NCBI RefSeq assembly: GCF_001194135.2 | Contig: NC_068989.1 | Coordinates: 44,342,402 to 44,406,401 of the forward strand | DNA length: 64,000 nt | Direction of reading: 5' to 3' | Source of the DNA: Octopus bimaculoides | Taxonomy: Eukaryota | In this document: piece by piece, positions 49,908-62,160 of the stretch | Position numbering within the stretch: position 1 is the first letter of the stretch | Layout: every line of letters begins with the position of its first letter | Made by a program: the position numbers and the translations under genes | Notes under the pieces: generated by a model | What the model was told of the DNA's origin: nothing | The model's input: only the letters and a program-made list of their open reading frames with translations | Database searches by the model: none

Positions 49908-50695
49908 TAGTAATATAATATATATTATCTATAAATGTTACGGCGTACAAGGGTACGCATAATTACATACATAAAATAATTACATTAAGATAAATTATGC
50001 TCAATGAAAAGAAATCAAATGGGCGTGGTTGTGTGGAAAGAAGCTTCCTTCCCAACCACATAGTCCCGGGTTCAGTTCCACTGTGTGGCATCTTGGGCAA
50101 GTGTCTTCTACTATAGATACGGGCTGATCAAAGCCTTGTGGGTGGATTTGGTAGATGGAGTCTGCAAGAAGCCTGCAATATAAGTGTGTGTGTGTGTGTA
50201 TGTGTGTCTGTTTTTGTCCCCATCACCACCATCAATTGAAAACCGATGTTGGTGTGTTTACGTCCCCGTAATTTATCGGTTCGGCAAAAGAAAGTAAATG
50301 AACGTTTTCTAGATTTACAAAGAATAAGTCCTGGGTTGATTTGTTCGACTAAAAAACCCTTTAATGACTGAAACAAGAAAAAGAACAAAAGAATTAAGGA
50401 ATGGAACGTACAATCTTGTAATTCAAACCGTCTTATGGCTCAGTGATTCAGCCATAGAAAGACTTGTATTTTTCTTTAAAACGAAGAGGTCGCTAAGTAT
50501 CCGGGTACAGTACGATTTGCATAGTTTTGTCTTTTACTTGCTTCAGTCACTGGATTGCAGTCATGCTTGGGCACCACCCTGAAAGGTTTTAATAACACAA
50601 ATCGACCCTAGTAGTTATTTTTAAAGTCTGATACTTACTCTATCGGTCTCATTTGCTAATCCTCAATTCAGGGGGACATAAACAAACCAGCACAC

Positions 50696-50728
<33 letters not shown>

Positions 50729-50828
50729 NNNNNNNNNNNNNNNNNNNNNNNNNNNNNNNNNNNNNNNNNNNNNNNNNNNNNNNNNNNNNNNNNNNNNNNN
50801 NNNNNNNNNNNNNNNNNNNNNNNNNNNN

Positions 50829-50860
<32 letters not shown>

Positions 50861-52150
50861 ATGGACTTCCACGTAGTGTCCGTTTACTAAATCTACTTAC
50901 AAAGTATTGGTCGACGTGAGGTTATAACAAAAGACACTTGCCCAACGTGTCGCGCAGTGAAACTGAACCCGAAACCTCGTGATTGCAAAACGAACTTTTA
51001 AACTTCACACCTATTCCTGCTCCTATAGTGCTATGCCTGCGCCGATCGAAATTATTTGCTCTCTCACCTACAGGGCCTGGGGTCAGGCTATCATTAATAT
51101 GAATACAGAGCTGATAATTTCCGATATACGATCGCATAAGCAGACACCTACAATTAACTTAAAGTGCAAACGGCTGCTCTGCAGCACAGAACAAAGTAGA
51201 AATTAGAGTGACAAATTAAGTTTATTCTACCACAGGTATCGAGTTTTTTTTTATTTNNNNNNNNNNTTTTTTTTATAAATGATTTAGAAATAGATGTTTC
51301 TACATCGAATCCAGTCGAGAATCATGCAAATATTTAGGAACAAAACTGCCTGGTGACGATCGCAAATAAAACAAAGACAAACGTTGAGCAAATACAAGTA
51401 TGTTATACTCCCTTGCTATGAGGTCAATACTCTGAAAAACACATAATCCCCTTAACAACAGAAATTTTCACAGTCGGTCATTTACCTGTACTTATAAAAT
51501 ATAGGTCACGAGAAGGCTGAAAATAGTGAAGCTGGATTTATGCCAATAAAACAAGTTGCTTCTAATGCAATAACTACATCTAAAGATGTGATTAAGACCG
51601 GAATAATATGTTTGAGAAAATCCTTCTTAACGTTTTAATTACCTGGAAAGTGTTGGGGAAGCAGTTCGAATTCTGTCATTTCAAAATCTCCCCAGGGAAA
51701 TTCCATAAAAATATATCTATTCTTTGTTACAAGAAAGGATATAAAATGTATACAAACATTCGATTGCTTAGCATCTTTAATCTTGTTTTCTATCCTCATC
51801 CTAAGTCTCACCTCGTGTTTTTGTTTTTTTGTTTTCTTTTATCTGTAGAATTAGCATNNNNNNNNNNNNNNNNNNNNNNNNNNNNNNNNNNNNNNNNNNN
51901 NNNNNNNNNNNNNNNNNNNNNNNNNNNNNNNNNNNNNNNNNNNNNNNNNNNNNNNNNNNNNNNNNNNNNNNNNNNNNNNNNNNNNNNNNNNNNNNNNNNN
52001 NNNNNNNNNNNNNNNNNNNNNNNNNNNNNNNNNNNNNNNNNNNNNNNNNNNNNNNNNNNNNNNNNNNNNNNNNNNNNNNNNNNNNNNNNNNNNNNNNNNN
52101 NNNNNNNNNNNNNNNNNNNNNNNNNNNNNNNNNNNNNNNNNNNNNNNNCA

Positions 52151-52197
<47 letters not shown>

Positions 52198-53278
52198 CAT
52201 TTGTTTTTACTCAGTTTCGGTCTACCAAATTCATTTAATTTACCTTGATCGTTCCGGGTTACAGTAGAGGACACTTGCCCAAGATGCCGCCTGTGAGACT
52301 GAACCTGAAACCATAGAGTTGCAAAGCAAATTTCTTTATCACACAGTTATGCCTGTGCCTACACTTGATATCCTTGACGGTATTTATCAATGAGAAATAT
52401 TATTTCAGTTATTGTTCTACTTGTTAAGATGTGCGTTCGAGTGTTACACCTTTACCGCTTTTAACAGTCGTACAAAATCGAAGATGCAGTCGAAATATCA
52501 AGAATAATGAAACAAAGCCCGAGTGTTACGCTTTAAACAACCTTAATATGGAACACGAAACCTTAGATAAAATTGACGAAATCTTTAACATAAATGAAAC
52601 GATAAAGATCCATAAATTAATATACGAAAATGTTAATAAGAACATGTATGAACCACAGATGTTCCAGGGTACTCAGAAGTATTATTTATTCCGAGAAATA
52701 CGGACAACACCTCTGGTTATGTTTCAGGCTTTTTATGTCTCCTCAGCAAAATAACGACTTCAATGTGCCTGCTTAAGTGATTAGTGAATCACTAAAGAGA
52801 TGTACTCTACTGTACATAAGTTGGCATACGAAAATAACATATACGAAAATTACAGATAAATTACTTTCCAAGAACGCCATTTACATGGTAAGCAATACTT
52901 AAGTTAATATTAACATAGTTAATATTAACATAGTTAATGTCAACCAAAAGTAATTGAGCTGTGAAGAAAATATGATAATAGTCAATGATTAATATTAGAG
53001 GTTAGCACAGTGCGTCGAGCTGGCAGAATACTTAGCGGTATTTCGTCTTTACGTTCTGAGTTCAAGTTCTACCGAGATCGACTTTGTCAAGTTTATTGAA
53101 GTAACTTGACTTGCAGAAAATATCAATCCTATGATATACAATATTTTCTTTATATAATTCTAAAATCATTTTATTAAATTCTTTCTAAATTGAAATGTCT
53201 TAGATTTACTTCTGTGCTATTTCCACCACATCTTTTACATATAAAAATTTGATTTGTATAAATCTCTAATCTTTTTTC

Positions 53279-53281
<3 letters not shown>

Positions 53282-53354
<73 letters not shown>
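53282..53354. repeat. (TA)n microsatellite; others flank gaps at about 850, 15650, 41630, 50700, 50830 and 52150
   Basis: Directly visible. Confidence 0.98.
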
Positions 53355-53357
<3 letters not shown>

Positions 53358-54653
53358 TTGTGTGCATACATCAATGACTGATGCAACTGGACACATCTTC
53401 AGTGATGTGCCTGGTATCATCGGGTGTTTCGGGTCTTTCAACATCATACACCCTATTCCAGGTGACCCAACTGGGGCTGATCAGACCCCAGCTTGTGTCC
53501 AGATGGCCAGCTAGCTACCCCCATGACTCTTCTCTTTTGATCCACAGCCATCTTGAGGCCCTCTCTGCCGCATCGGTGGTACTGCGGATGGCCTTAAACT
53601 GCTGAAGGCTGCCAAACCCCTGCATCCAACCTCCACTGGGAGACACCTCGCTCTCCAACCAACCCACTGGCAGTCACTGACCAGACCCGCGTACGTAGAG
53701 AGCTTTCTCTGAAAAGCTTCTTCCAGGCGATCTTCCCATGGAACAGTCAGCTCCAGCAGCTCCACTTGCTTGGTGGACTCAGACACAAGGACAAAGTCTG
53801 GTCGCAGGGTGGTGACTGCAATGATGGCCAGGGAATTTCAGCTGACACTCAAGATCCACCAGTAGCTACCAGTCTCTTGCAGATGTTAGGATGCCCGCCG
53901 ATGTTTTTCTGGCAGGGGTTAGCTGTTCTCCAACTCTGACAAAGGCGATGGTTTTCTTGGAGGGTAGGAAGCGCTTTGCATCTGCCGCTTGAACTGCGTC
54001 CTCTACTCTCCACTTCCTGCCAGCTCTCACTTGGATCCCTGCTTTAGCTACCTTCGGATCACAAGAGTCCCTGTACTGGACCACTTCTCTGGCCCTTACC
54101 ACCTTGAATTCCTCTTCCAATGATTTGAAAGGCAACTGCAGTTTGGTGTTGCTGCCGTAGAGCCATCTCCGGATGTGGTTGCTGACCCACCTCTCTAAGG
54201 TCTCTACTGTTAAGATGGAGACTGCATAGACAAGGAGGGGCCACAGGATCCTAGGAAGAATGCCGTGATGGTAGACCCAGGCTTTGGACTTCCTAGGTAA
54301 GCCTGACTTGTCCATGGATTTCAACCAGCCATCCAACTCGTTACAGGCCGACTGGATAGATGTAGTATCTCTCAATGAGCTGTCGAAAACCTTGCCCAAG
54401 CTCTTGACTGGCTTCTCTGTGATTGTTAGAATTGCTGTTCCTGAGATGTTAATTCGGAACTTGTCCTCCACCTTCTCTTTCCTCAGTACCATAGATCTTG
54501 ATTTGGTTGGTTTGAAACGCATCCGAGCCCACGCCATCACCTTTTCGAGTCCCTGAATAATCCACTGGCAGCCTAGGGCTGATTCTGTCATGATTGTGAG
54601 GTCATCCATGAACGCACTAATGGGTGGTTGCCTTTGTCCGGATGCACGCAACG
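53355..54653 (-). mobile_element. 5'-truncated, internally deleted HERO-like (R2 group) non-LTR retrotransposon: RT C-terminal half, REL endonuclease and 3' UTR
   Basis: SAFMDDLT (RT catalytic motif), MRFKPTKSRS, PVKSLGK, GILPRILWPLLVY; LRPDFVLVSESTKQVELLELTVPWEDRLEEAFQRKLSTY...PVEVGCRG. Confidence 0.92.
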
Positions 54654-55937
54654 AATATATATATATATAAAATACAAAATGGGACAAGAACGCAAAACAT
54701 CCAGACAGTTAGGTGATACAAAAAAAGGGACAACAAAACATCCAGATAGACGATATAGAGAAAACAAGGACGTGCCATTCGGAGTTTTCTTTCGTCAGTC
54801 GAGTTCCAGATTTCGGCTGGTTATGCTCGAGATTGCTCCAATTTGGCCAGCCCTAAGGAAAAACTAAGCTAAGAGCATTAGATTCCTTGGAAGAAAGCAG
54901 CGAATGTATACGAAAACAAGGACTGAAAAGAAAAACGGAGAATGTTATACAAATACAAATAACGCACATACATACGTCATGTTTTTTTTTCAGTTTCTGT
55001 CTACCAAAATCCATCACAAGGCTTTGGTCAACTCAGGGCAATAGCAGAAGACACGTGCCCAAGATGCCAAGCAGTAGGACTGAACTCAAAACCACATAGT
55101 TGTGAAACAAACAATTCAAGAATACACACACTCATACACCTATGCCTACCACATAGCCACGCCTGTGTCTTACAAAAATCGTATTTACACTTCTTTGCGG
55201 TCGGTTTGATAGTCGATCGCCATAGGGTATCATAGGTTATATACATAGTCCCAGGCGGGAATCAAACTAAGAACTTTCATTTCTAAATTAAGCATAATAA
55301 CGTTCTTACAATAAGTTAGAAACAAATGTTATTTTTGGAACCATGTGCAAATCCAAGACTATAACACGTGGTGATAATCAGTGATCAAACAACTGGAAAC
55401 GCAAAATGGATATAAATATTATAAGTGCACAACTCCCTCATCATGAGGTGAATGCTCTGAAAAATATAATCTCCTTCTAAACAACTAAGCTTGGATTCGG
55501 TCATTCACCTGAACTATACAGCCAGATATAGGTCATAAGGAAGCTGAAAATAGTAGTGATGGTTTCATAATGCGATAACAATTTGATGAAACTACTTCTG
55601 ATAAGATAATTAAATATGAAAATATGAATATGAGTTGGATAAATATTTTTGACAAGAAAAATATTTTTAATAGATAGATATCTTTTAAAGAATAAAGATG
55701 ATGATTATTCGAGGAGGTAAATATCGTCGTAGGGTTTTCAAATGTTAACAGTTTATTGCTATTTCAAATCTTTAGAAAGTTCTACTATCTGTTCACCATG
55801 GTTAAGACGCTTATTTTCCAAATATGTAGTCTTAAGTTCAGTCCCACTGCGCAGCATCTTGGGCGAGTGTCGTCTACTAAGAAGGCCGACCAAAGCCTTC
55901 TTAGTGGATTTGATAGACGGAAACTGAGAGAAGCTCG

Positions 55938-55984
<47 letters not shown>

Positions 55985-56269
55985 CGTGCGTGCTCCATCA
56001 CCGCTTGATATCTGGTACTGGTTTGTTAACGTACCCATAACCTATCGCCTCGGCAAAAGAGACTGATAGAATAAGTACCAAGTTTAGAAAAATGTACTGG
56101 GATCGATTTGTTCGACAAAACCCTTCAAGGCGATGCCCTAGCACGGCCGCAGTTCAATAAATGAAACAAGTGGAAGATAAACGTTTGATAACTTATCTTC
56201 GTCTTTCGCTTTCTGTTTTTCCCTTCTCTTTATTTTTAATTCAAATCTTCCGTTCCAACCTTGTTCGTT

Positions 56270-56790
56270 TAGTAAAAACGTTCAGTAGCATTTCTTCTGT
56301 CTTTACGTTCTGAGTTCAAGTTCCGCCGAGGCTGACCTTATCTTTCATCCTTCCGGTGTCGATAAAATAAGTAGCAGTAGAGCACTGGGGTCAATGCAAT
56401 CGACTAACGTTCTCTTTTGAAATTGCCGGCCTTGTGCATAAATTTGAAACCAATATTTTTTTCATACAGTGAACATTAACAAGCTAATTAAAAATAATTG
56501 TACTGTAAGTAAATGGACTATATTAGTTGATAATTGATATTATATCAATTTTCAGGGCGGCGACCTGGCAAAATCGTTAGCAGGCCGGGTGAAATGCTTA
56601 GCGGTATTTCGTCTGCCGTTACGTTCTGAGTTCAAATTACGCCGCGGTCGAACTTGCCTTTCATCTTTCCGGGGTCGATTAAATAAGTACCAGTTACGCA
56701 CTAGGGTCGATGTAATCGACTTAATGTCTTTGTTTGTCCTTGTTTGTTCCCTCTGTGTTTAGCCCCCTGTGGGCAATAAAGAAATAGATA
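56270..56790 (+). mobile_element. Two SINE type M copies; 56555-56790 carries tail A
   Basis: The second copy ends TGTGTTTAGCCCCCTGTGGGCAATAAAGAAATA. Confidence 0.9.
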
Positions 56791-57457
56791 TATTAATTTT
56801 CCCTCCAAGTACGGGTGGCAACTACATACATATCTCGGGTATATCTGATGTCCTCAGCAAAGCATTTACACCTGTAGTTGTCTATGTAACTAAGTAGTTG
56901 AATGATCTCCTTTGCAAGAAAGATTATAGAGTAACCTCCTTTTACTAAGTTTCTTAAAGCATCTGTGTCATGAAACGTGATTCTTAATTATTCAAGAAGC
57001 TTAGCGTTTCTCTTGGAAATTTCTAGAATGTCTAACGTTCCATTAATAAAAACAGCTTGCTAACCCTGCTCTTCGCTTCTTAGTCGATTAGACTTAGAGC
57101 CATTCACGTCATTGCTATGTCAGTATATTTCTCTAGGTCACATGACTGAAAACCACCACTTATCTGTTACTTCTACATTTTCTATCTCTGAACTTTCTTG
57201 CATAGATTACTTCATTCAACCAGATTCTGTATCTAAAATCTTTCTTGCATAGATTACTTGCATAGATTACTTCATTCTTGCATAGATTACTTCATTCAAC
57301 CAGATATGTATCATCATCGAACAGTAAATAAAATATATTTTTAAGTAGTAAATATATAGATCTTGAATTTATTCTTAATCTCTTTGTGAACTATTGTAAT
57401 TACATACACGCAGCCACATCAACATCTTGTACTGACTATATATTTCCACCACATAAA

Positions 57458-58800
57458 TTAGATGAAAACTTTATCTGTACAAGAAAGCACACGAAAGGGT
57501 CCAGAATACGGTACTGTTAAAGGATGTTTAACGGCATCGTTGCAAACAAAAACATGAGTTCGGGAATAATAGTCCTTAGGCAAATATGTTTTAATGTCTT
57601 GTTTTCTGGTGTTCATATGTGGTAACTTTGACATATAATCACGCAAGCATTCAACGAAACTGGTAGTGTCGATATCTTGTGTGTTTGCAGGAACAATCAC
57701 CTGACCTGGCAGCGTCAAGGAAGAAACATAAAGTAATTCTGCAGGAGAATATCCAATATCTTCTTTGACAGAAGAGCGGAGACCCAAGAGAACAAACGGA
57801 AGAAATTCAATCCATCGAGATGAATCAGCAGAAGCACACAACACAGCTTTAATCTGTCGGTGAAATCTTTCGACCATACCGTTCGAAGCTGGGTAGAAAC
57901 TAGTAGAATGGATGTGTTTACTTCCTAAAATTTTGGTAAGCCTCTGGAAAAGCTTAGCTTCAAATTGACGTCCGCGATCTGTTGTTATTTTTAAATGTGT
58001 TCCGAAACGAGAGATCCATCCTGTGACTAAAGCTTGTGCCATAGTTAGAGAAGTGATGTCTGTGAGTGGAATGACCTCTGGCCAGCGGGAAAAACGATCG
58101 ATACAGGTTAATAAAAACGTGTAGCCCTGACTCGCAGGCCAAGGTCCTACTATATCAACATGTACGTGCTGGAATCGTGCATCTGGAGAGGAGAAAGTAC
58201 CTAACAGTGCGCGGATATGTTTATGTACCTGGATCTTTGACACTCGACACAGGTACGAGACCAATTAGCTCTGTCTCGACGCATGTTCGGCCAAACGAAA
58301 TGAGCTGAAATAAGTTTCAATGTTGCTGTTATACCAGGATGTGAAATATTGGGTAGTGCTGAGAAAACGATACGGCGATGCTTTTCAGGAACTAAAGGGC
58401 GAGGTTTACCAGGAGAAAAATCGCAAAGGATCTGTTTGTTTGATGTCGCAACCGGGGAAAATTGGAGGTCGAAAGGAATTAGTTCTAGTTGTTGTATATT
58501 ATTCAAATCAACGGATGGTTGATCTTCAGACATTTCGGCCAAGTTAATTTCTGCAGTTGAAAATAATGCGTTTACAAGTAAACGGGATAAGGAATCTGCA
58601 ACAATGTTTTCAGAACCTGGAATATATCGTATATCACTCGTGAATTGTGAAATGTAATCCAAATGTCGAATGTCACTCGGAGAAAATTTATCTGGCTTGC
58701 AGTGTAAAGCGAAATATAACAGCTTATGGGCCGTAAATATTGTGAAGTTTCTCCCTTCCAAAATGTTCCGTTAACAACTTCATTCTTATTCTTTGCAGCA
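57458..58800 (-). mobile_element. Ty3/Gypsy LTR-retrotransposon pol remnant (RNase H C-terminus, HHCC and integrase core), frameshifted
   Basis: EGRNFTIFT.HK.L, RHLDYISQFTSDIRYIPGSENIVADSLSR, HPGI..T..FVWPNM..CVECQ, HVHVDIVGP, CIDRFSRWPE, ITTDRGRQF, YPASNGMVERFHR. Confidence 0.95.
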
Positions 58801-60289
58801 TATATACGATTAGCGACATAAACATCAACATTTACTTCACATATATGGATGTCTCCCTGCAATGCAGTAGCTATAATGACATTCTAGTTGAGGGGGCTCA
58901 CAAGAGAACTACATTAACGGTGATAGATCTGCTTTGATTGAGACAATAAATTAAGTTTCTTGTAGTTTTGTCTAAATTCTGTCCAATATCTAACAAGCAT
59001 TCATATCATATATTATTTAATCTTGTAGTTGATACTGCAAATCTATCGCCTGTTCCTGCCGTTTCACATTAATTTTGTTAAACAGAATTGCAGGAGTTTT
59101 TTTTTTAAGAGTTCTATAACAGAATGAATGTTTGGATCAGATAATTATATAAGAAAAGCTTTCACCACTGACTACAAATCATCAGCAAAATACATTTGTA
59201 GGGAAAGGATGTCTCACTTAGCAAATTATTTGATTCTTTGGAAAATCCGCAAAGTTCCTAGTACAGAGATGTAAGTCTACCTCTCAATCCTTTTGCAGAA
59301 GCAGAATATTTCATAAGGTATGTGTTATACGAAGTTCTGGAATATGAGACAATAGCAACCACATTAATCTATATTCAGGTTGTAAAGCGGTGAGCAGGTA
59401 GAAACAGTGTCACACCGCCAAAATGCTGAGCAGCATTTTGTCCATCTTTACGTTCTGATTTCAATTTCCGCTGCGGTCGATTTTGCCTTTCATCCTNNNN
59501 NNNNNNNNNNNNNNNNNNNNNNNNNNNNNNNNNNNNNNNNNNNNNNNNNNNNNNNNNNNNNNNNNNNNNNNNNNNNNNNNNNNNNNNNNNNNNNNNTTCA
59601 GGTTTCTAATTACAAACCACATGTATGTGAATGCGTGTGTCCCTCACCACCGCTTGACAACCGGTGTTGGTGTTTTTACGTCCACGTAACTTAACAGTTC
59701 GGCAAAGGGAACCGATTGAATAATTATCAGGCTTTAAAAAATAAGTACTGGGGTCGATTCTTCAAGGTGGTATCCCAGCATGGCTGCAGTCTAATGACAG
59801 AAACAAGTAAAAGATAAAAGATGGCAATTTTTTTAATATACATTTAGTTTTCTTTTATCCTAATCGTTTACTTATTTCAGTCATGAGGCTGAATGTATCG
59901 ACCCCAGTACTTATTTCCTCTTTTGAAGCCTGGTACTTATTCTATCTGTCTTTTACCAAACCGCTAAGTTACGGGGATGTAAATATACTAGCACCGNNNN
60001 NNNNNNNNNNNNNNNNNNNNNNNNNNNNNNNNNNNNNNNNNNNNNNNNNNNNNNNNNNNNNNNNNNNNNNNNNNNNNNNNNNNNNNNNNNNNNNNNNNNN
60101 NNNNNNNNNNNNNNNNNNNNNNNNNNNNNNNNNNNNNNNNNNNNNNNNNNNNNNNNNNNNNNNNNNNNNNNNNNNNNNNNNNNNNNNNNNNNNNNNNNNN
60201 NNNNNNNNNNNNNNNNNNNNNNNNNNNNNNNNNNNNNNNNNNNNNNNNNNNNNNNNNNNNNNNNNNNNNNNNNNNNNNNTAAAAAAAAA

Positions 60290-61950
60290 ACACAAATGAG
60301 GTACTGAACCTCTTACAACAATTACAAATTGAGGTGCTGAGTTTCTTATCAATCAAATCTCACGAAAGTTCAGCAATTGTATTCAATCGTTCTTTCAAAT
60401 TGAGGCGCTAAGCCTCTTACCAAAATCACCAAGTTCAAATTGAGGCACTAAGACCTCTTACTCTACCTCCCCGACTAAATCTCTTGCCGCCTGCAGGCAA
60501 TCCTGCAGTCGCAAATCGGGGCCCCATAAGTAAAAATTGTATTCGTCTTTGGTAAAGGAGTCCATCACCCTGAAGAAATCATTTTCCGCCATGACCTCCG
60601 CAGTCACCTGCAGAGGCCAATCCGGGCTTTCAGTGCAGGACAGGACCTCCTCTTCCCGACCTTCCAGATTCCACACAAAGTTATCTACGGCCCCTCCCTT
60701 AAGAAAGAAGATCACAAATTCCTCATTCATTATACTGGGAGTGGGGATACAGTTTCCTCCGTCGGTGGCACAATTCCCACCGACGAGGTTTCAGGACATA
60801 CCGGCAGTGTACTGCTAACCGCCGGCACTGTCCCATTCTTTTTCTTGTCTTTGATACGGGAGGGTGTAGTTCCTCTGCTTTAATTGGAGGATCATCCCTC
60901 TCACCCGCAGCTTTGGGGTCCTTCGGTAGGCAATCATTGTTGCCCACCTTCTTCCTTTTTTCCCCTTTTTTCCGGGGAGGTCTCCACCTCCTCGACTACT
61001 TCCATCTCTCCCTCTGAAGGAGGAGGGGGAGATCTTCCTCAACCAACTGTTCCAGGACCCTACTCTGGTCCTGGGACAGTTCTTTTTAATGTGCCCTGGT
61101 TCTAGGCACAGGTGACACTTGGGGGGAGAGGCGTCCCTCAAGTATCATTGGGTACCTGCAGCCAGCCATTTTCAAAAAATCTGGAAAGACCAGATTCTTA
61201 GCTGATTGGATCTACAGGGTCAAAACAGCTTTGGACCCAACTCAATCAGCCGCCAGCAATATTTTAACAATAAGCAGCTTGGATCCGCTGCCACCCAGAC
61301 CCCGGCGTATAGTGTCTTCTATTCACTCGGGTTCTATCCCAGGTGGCAACCCGCAAACCCAAGCTCTTGTCAACTTCTTCCCACAATACGTAGGAAGAAA
61401 CAAAATCTCTTTGCCCTCTAAGTGCTGATTCGCAAATTTGCGAGCCTTCTCAGGGGTGTCAAATAGCAACCACACCGTTGCATACTCGACCCGCCTGGCA
61501 ATAAATTTTATAGATGGCAGATACTCTGCCAACTCTTTTTCAATTTGTATCTTTTTAAAGAGGACGATGGTGTCGAGCGACTTTGAGTGACTTCAAAGTA
61601 TTTCATCCACTGTTTGGGTGGGACAATCTCCCACTCCAACGCAGTGTTGTTCATCTTTTTTGCCACGTTTTGGGGGAAAAGAGTTAAAAAAAAAAAAACA
61701 CAAATGAAGGAAGGAAGAAGAAAAGAGAAAAAAAACAGTTCAAAAACACAGCAAATTATTCTTCTGGCCGTCTTGGTACTCCTGGCCAACTCGGTAATCC
61801 ACTTGGTAATCCAGAGCACAAAGCAATCACACAACAATTTCACCAAAAAATGGGTAAAAAAATAAGCACAATGTTCGCAGTTATTGGAGAAGGGATAAGT
61901 CCCCAAAACACACTTCTCACCGCTAAGTGAGACACTAAGCACAACTACAG
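60290..61950 (-). mobile_element. ORF1-only retroposon, third lineage, disrupted by stops and frameshifts
   Basis: IVPPKQWM, ATVWLLF, FLPTYCGKKLTRAWVCGLPPGI, ILEGR(fs)PKCHLCLEPGHIKKNCP; C-terminal ORF 60458-60730; then a short repetitive 3' UTR with no ORF2 before the gap. Confidence 0.85.
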
Positions 61951-62045
61951 GCAGACAAATGCCCGGAACTCAGTGGAGATTTCTTGTTCGACAAAATAAA
62001 TAAACACGAGCAACAAACCCCCACTGAATCTCTCAAAAAAAAAAT

Positions 62046-62160
62046 GTCTTACCTTGTAGTTGTGCTTCACTTGTTCAATAATTCACGACGTTGATGTACA
62101 GCGTCATGACTCCTAGCAGTGCAAAGAAAAACACTGACTAACGCATGCGCGGAAGCAATT
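62046..62160 (-). promoter_or_regulatory. Candidate pol II promoter and first-exon donor
   Basis: NRF1-like ACGCATGCGC (62141-62150) abutting ETS-like CGGAAG; minus-strand donor CAAG|GTAAGAC with exon end at 62053. Motifs only. Confidence 0.35.

Larger units (their letters stand above)
38101..55720. repeat. Dispersed family of about 0.5-kb cassettes with conserved splice-like signals. Copies: 38101-38300(-), 42930-43290(-), 47150-47650(+), 47685-48020(-, partial), 48295-48715(+), 51125-51700(-), 55330-55720(-)
   Basis: Shared motifs ATGAARCCATC, TCTCGTGACCTA, AG|GTRAATGRCCG, AAGGRGATTAT..TTTCAG| and ACCTCRTNNNNAGGGA|GT. Copies 47685-48020 and 51125-51480 are near-identical; the others are much more diverged. 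Confidence 0.85.

Noticed and set aside
42971-51431. Recurrent in-frame TGA in the 23-nt cassette block read as selenocysteine, or ATGATGA (55.4 kb) read as a snoRNA C box
   Set aside because: TGA aligns with Ser/Trp rather than Cys, no SECIS was seen, and the C/D motifs are not conserved across copies.
52431-52754. 107-codon plus-strand ORF
   Set aside because: GTG start, A-rich, no motif; an open stretch this long is expected occasionally by chance in 64 kb. ORFs at 3994-4200, 5117-5350, 16330-16659 and 26260-26493 were rejected likewise.
6493-60356. Long ORFs containing X runs (e.g. 6493-6972, 8530-9621, 22646-23647, 28479-29003, 51608-52267, 59883-60356)
   Set aside because: They are open only because N-gaps and microsatellites lack stops.
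60293-60460. CRISPR-like repeat-spacer look
   Set aside because: Irregular spacers (9-47 nt), eukaryotic retroposon 3' UTR context and no cas genes; kept only as a UTR repeat.
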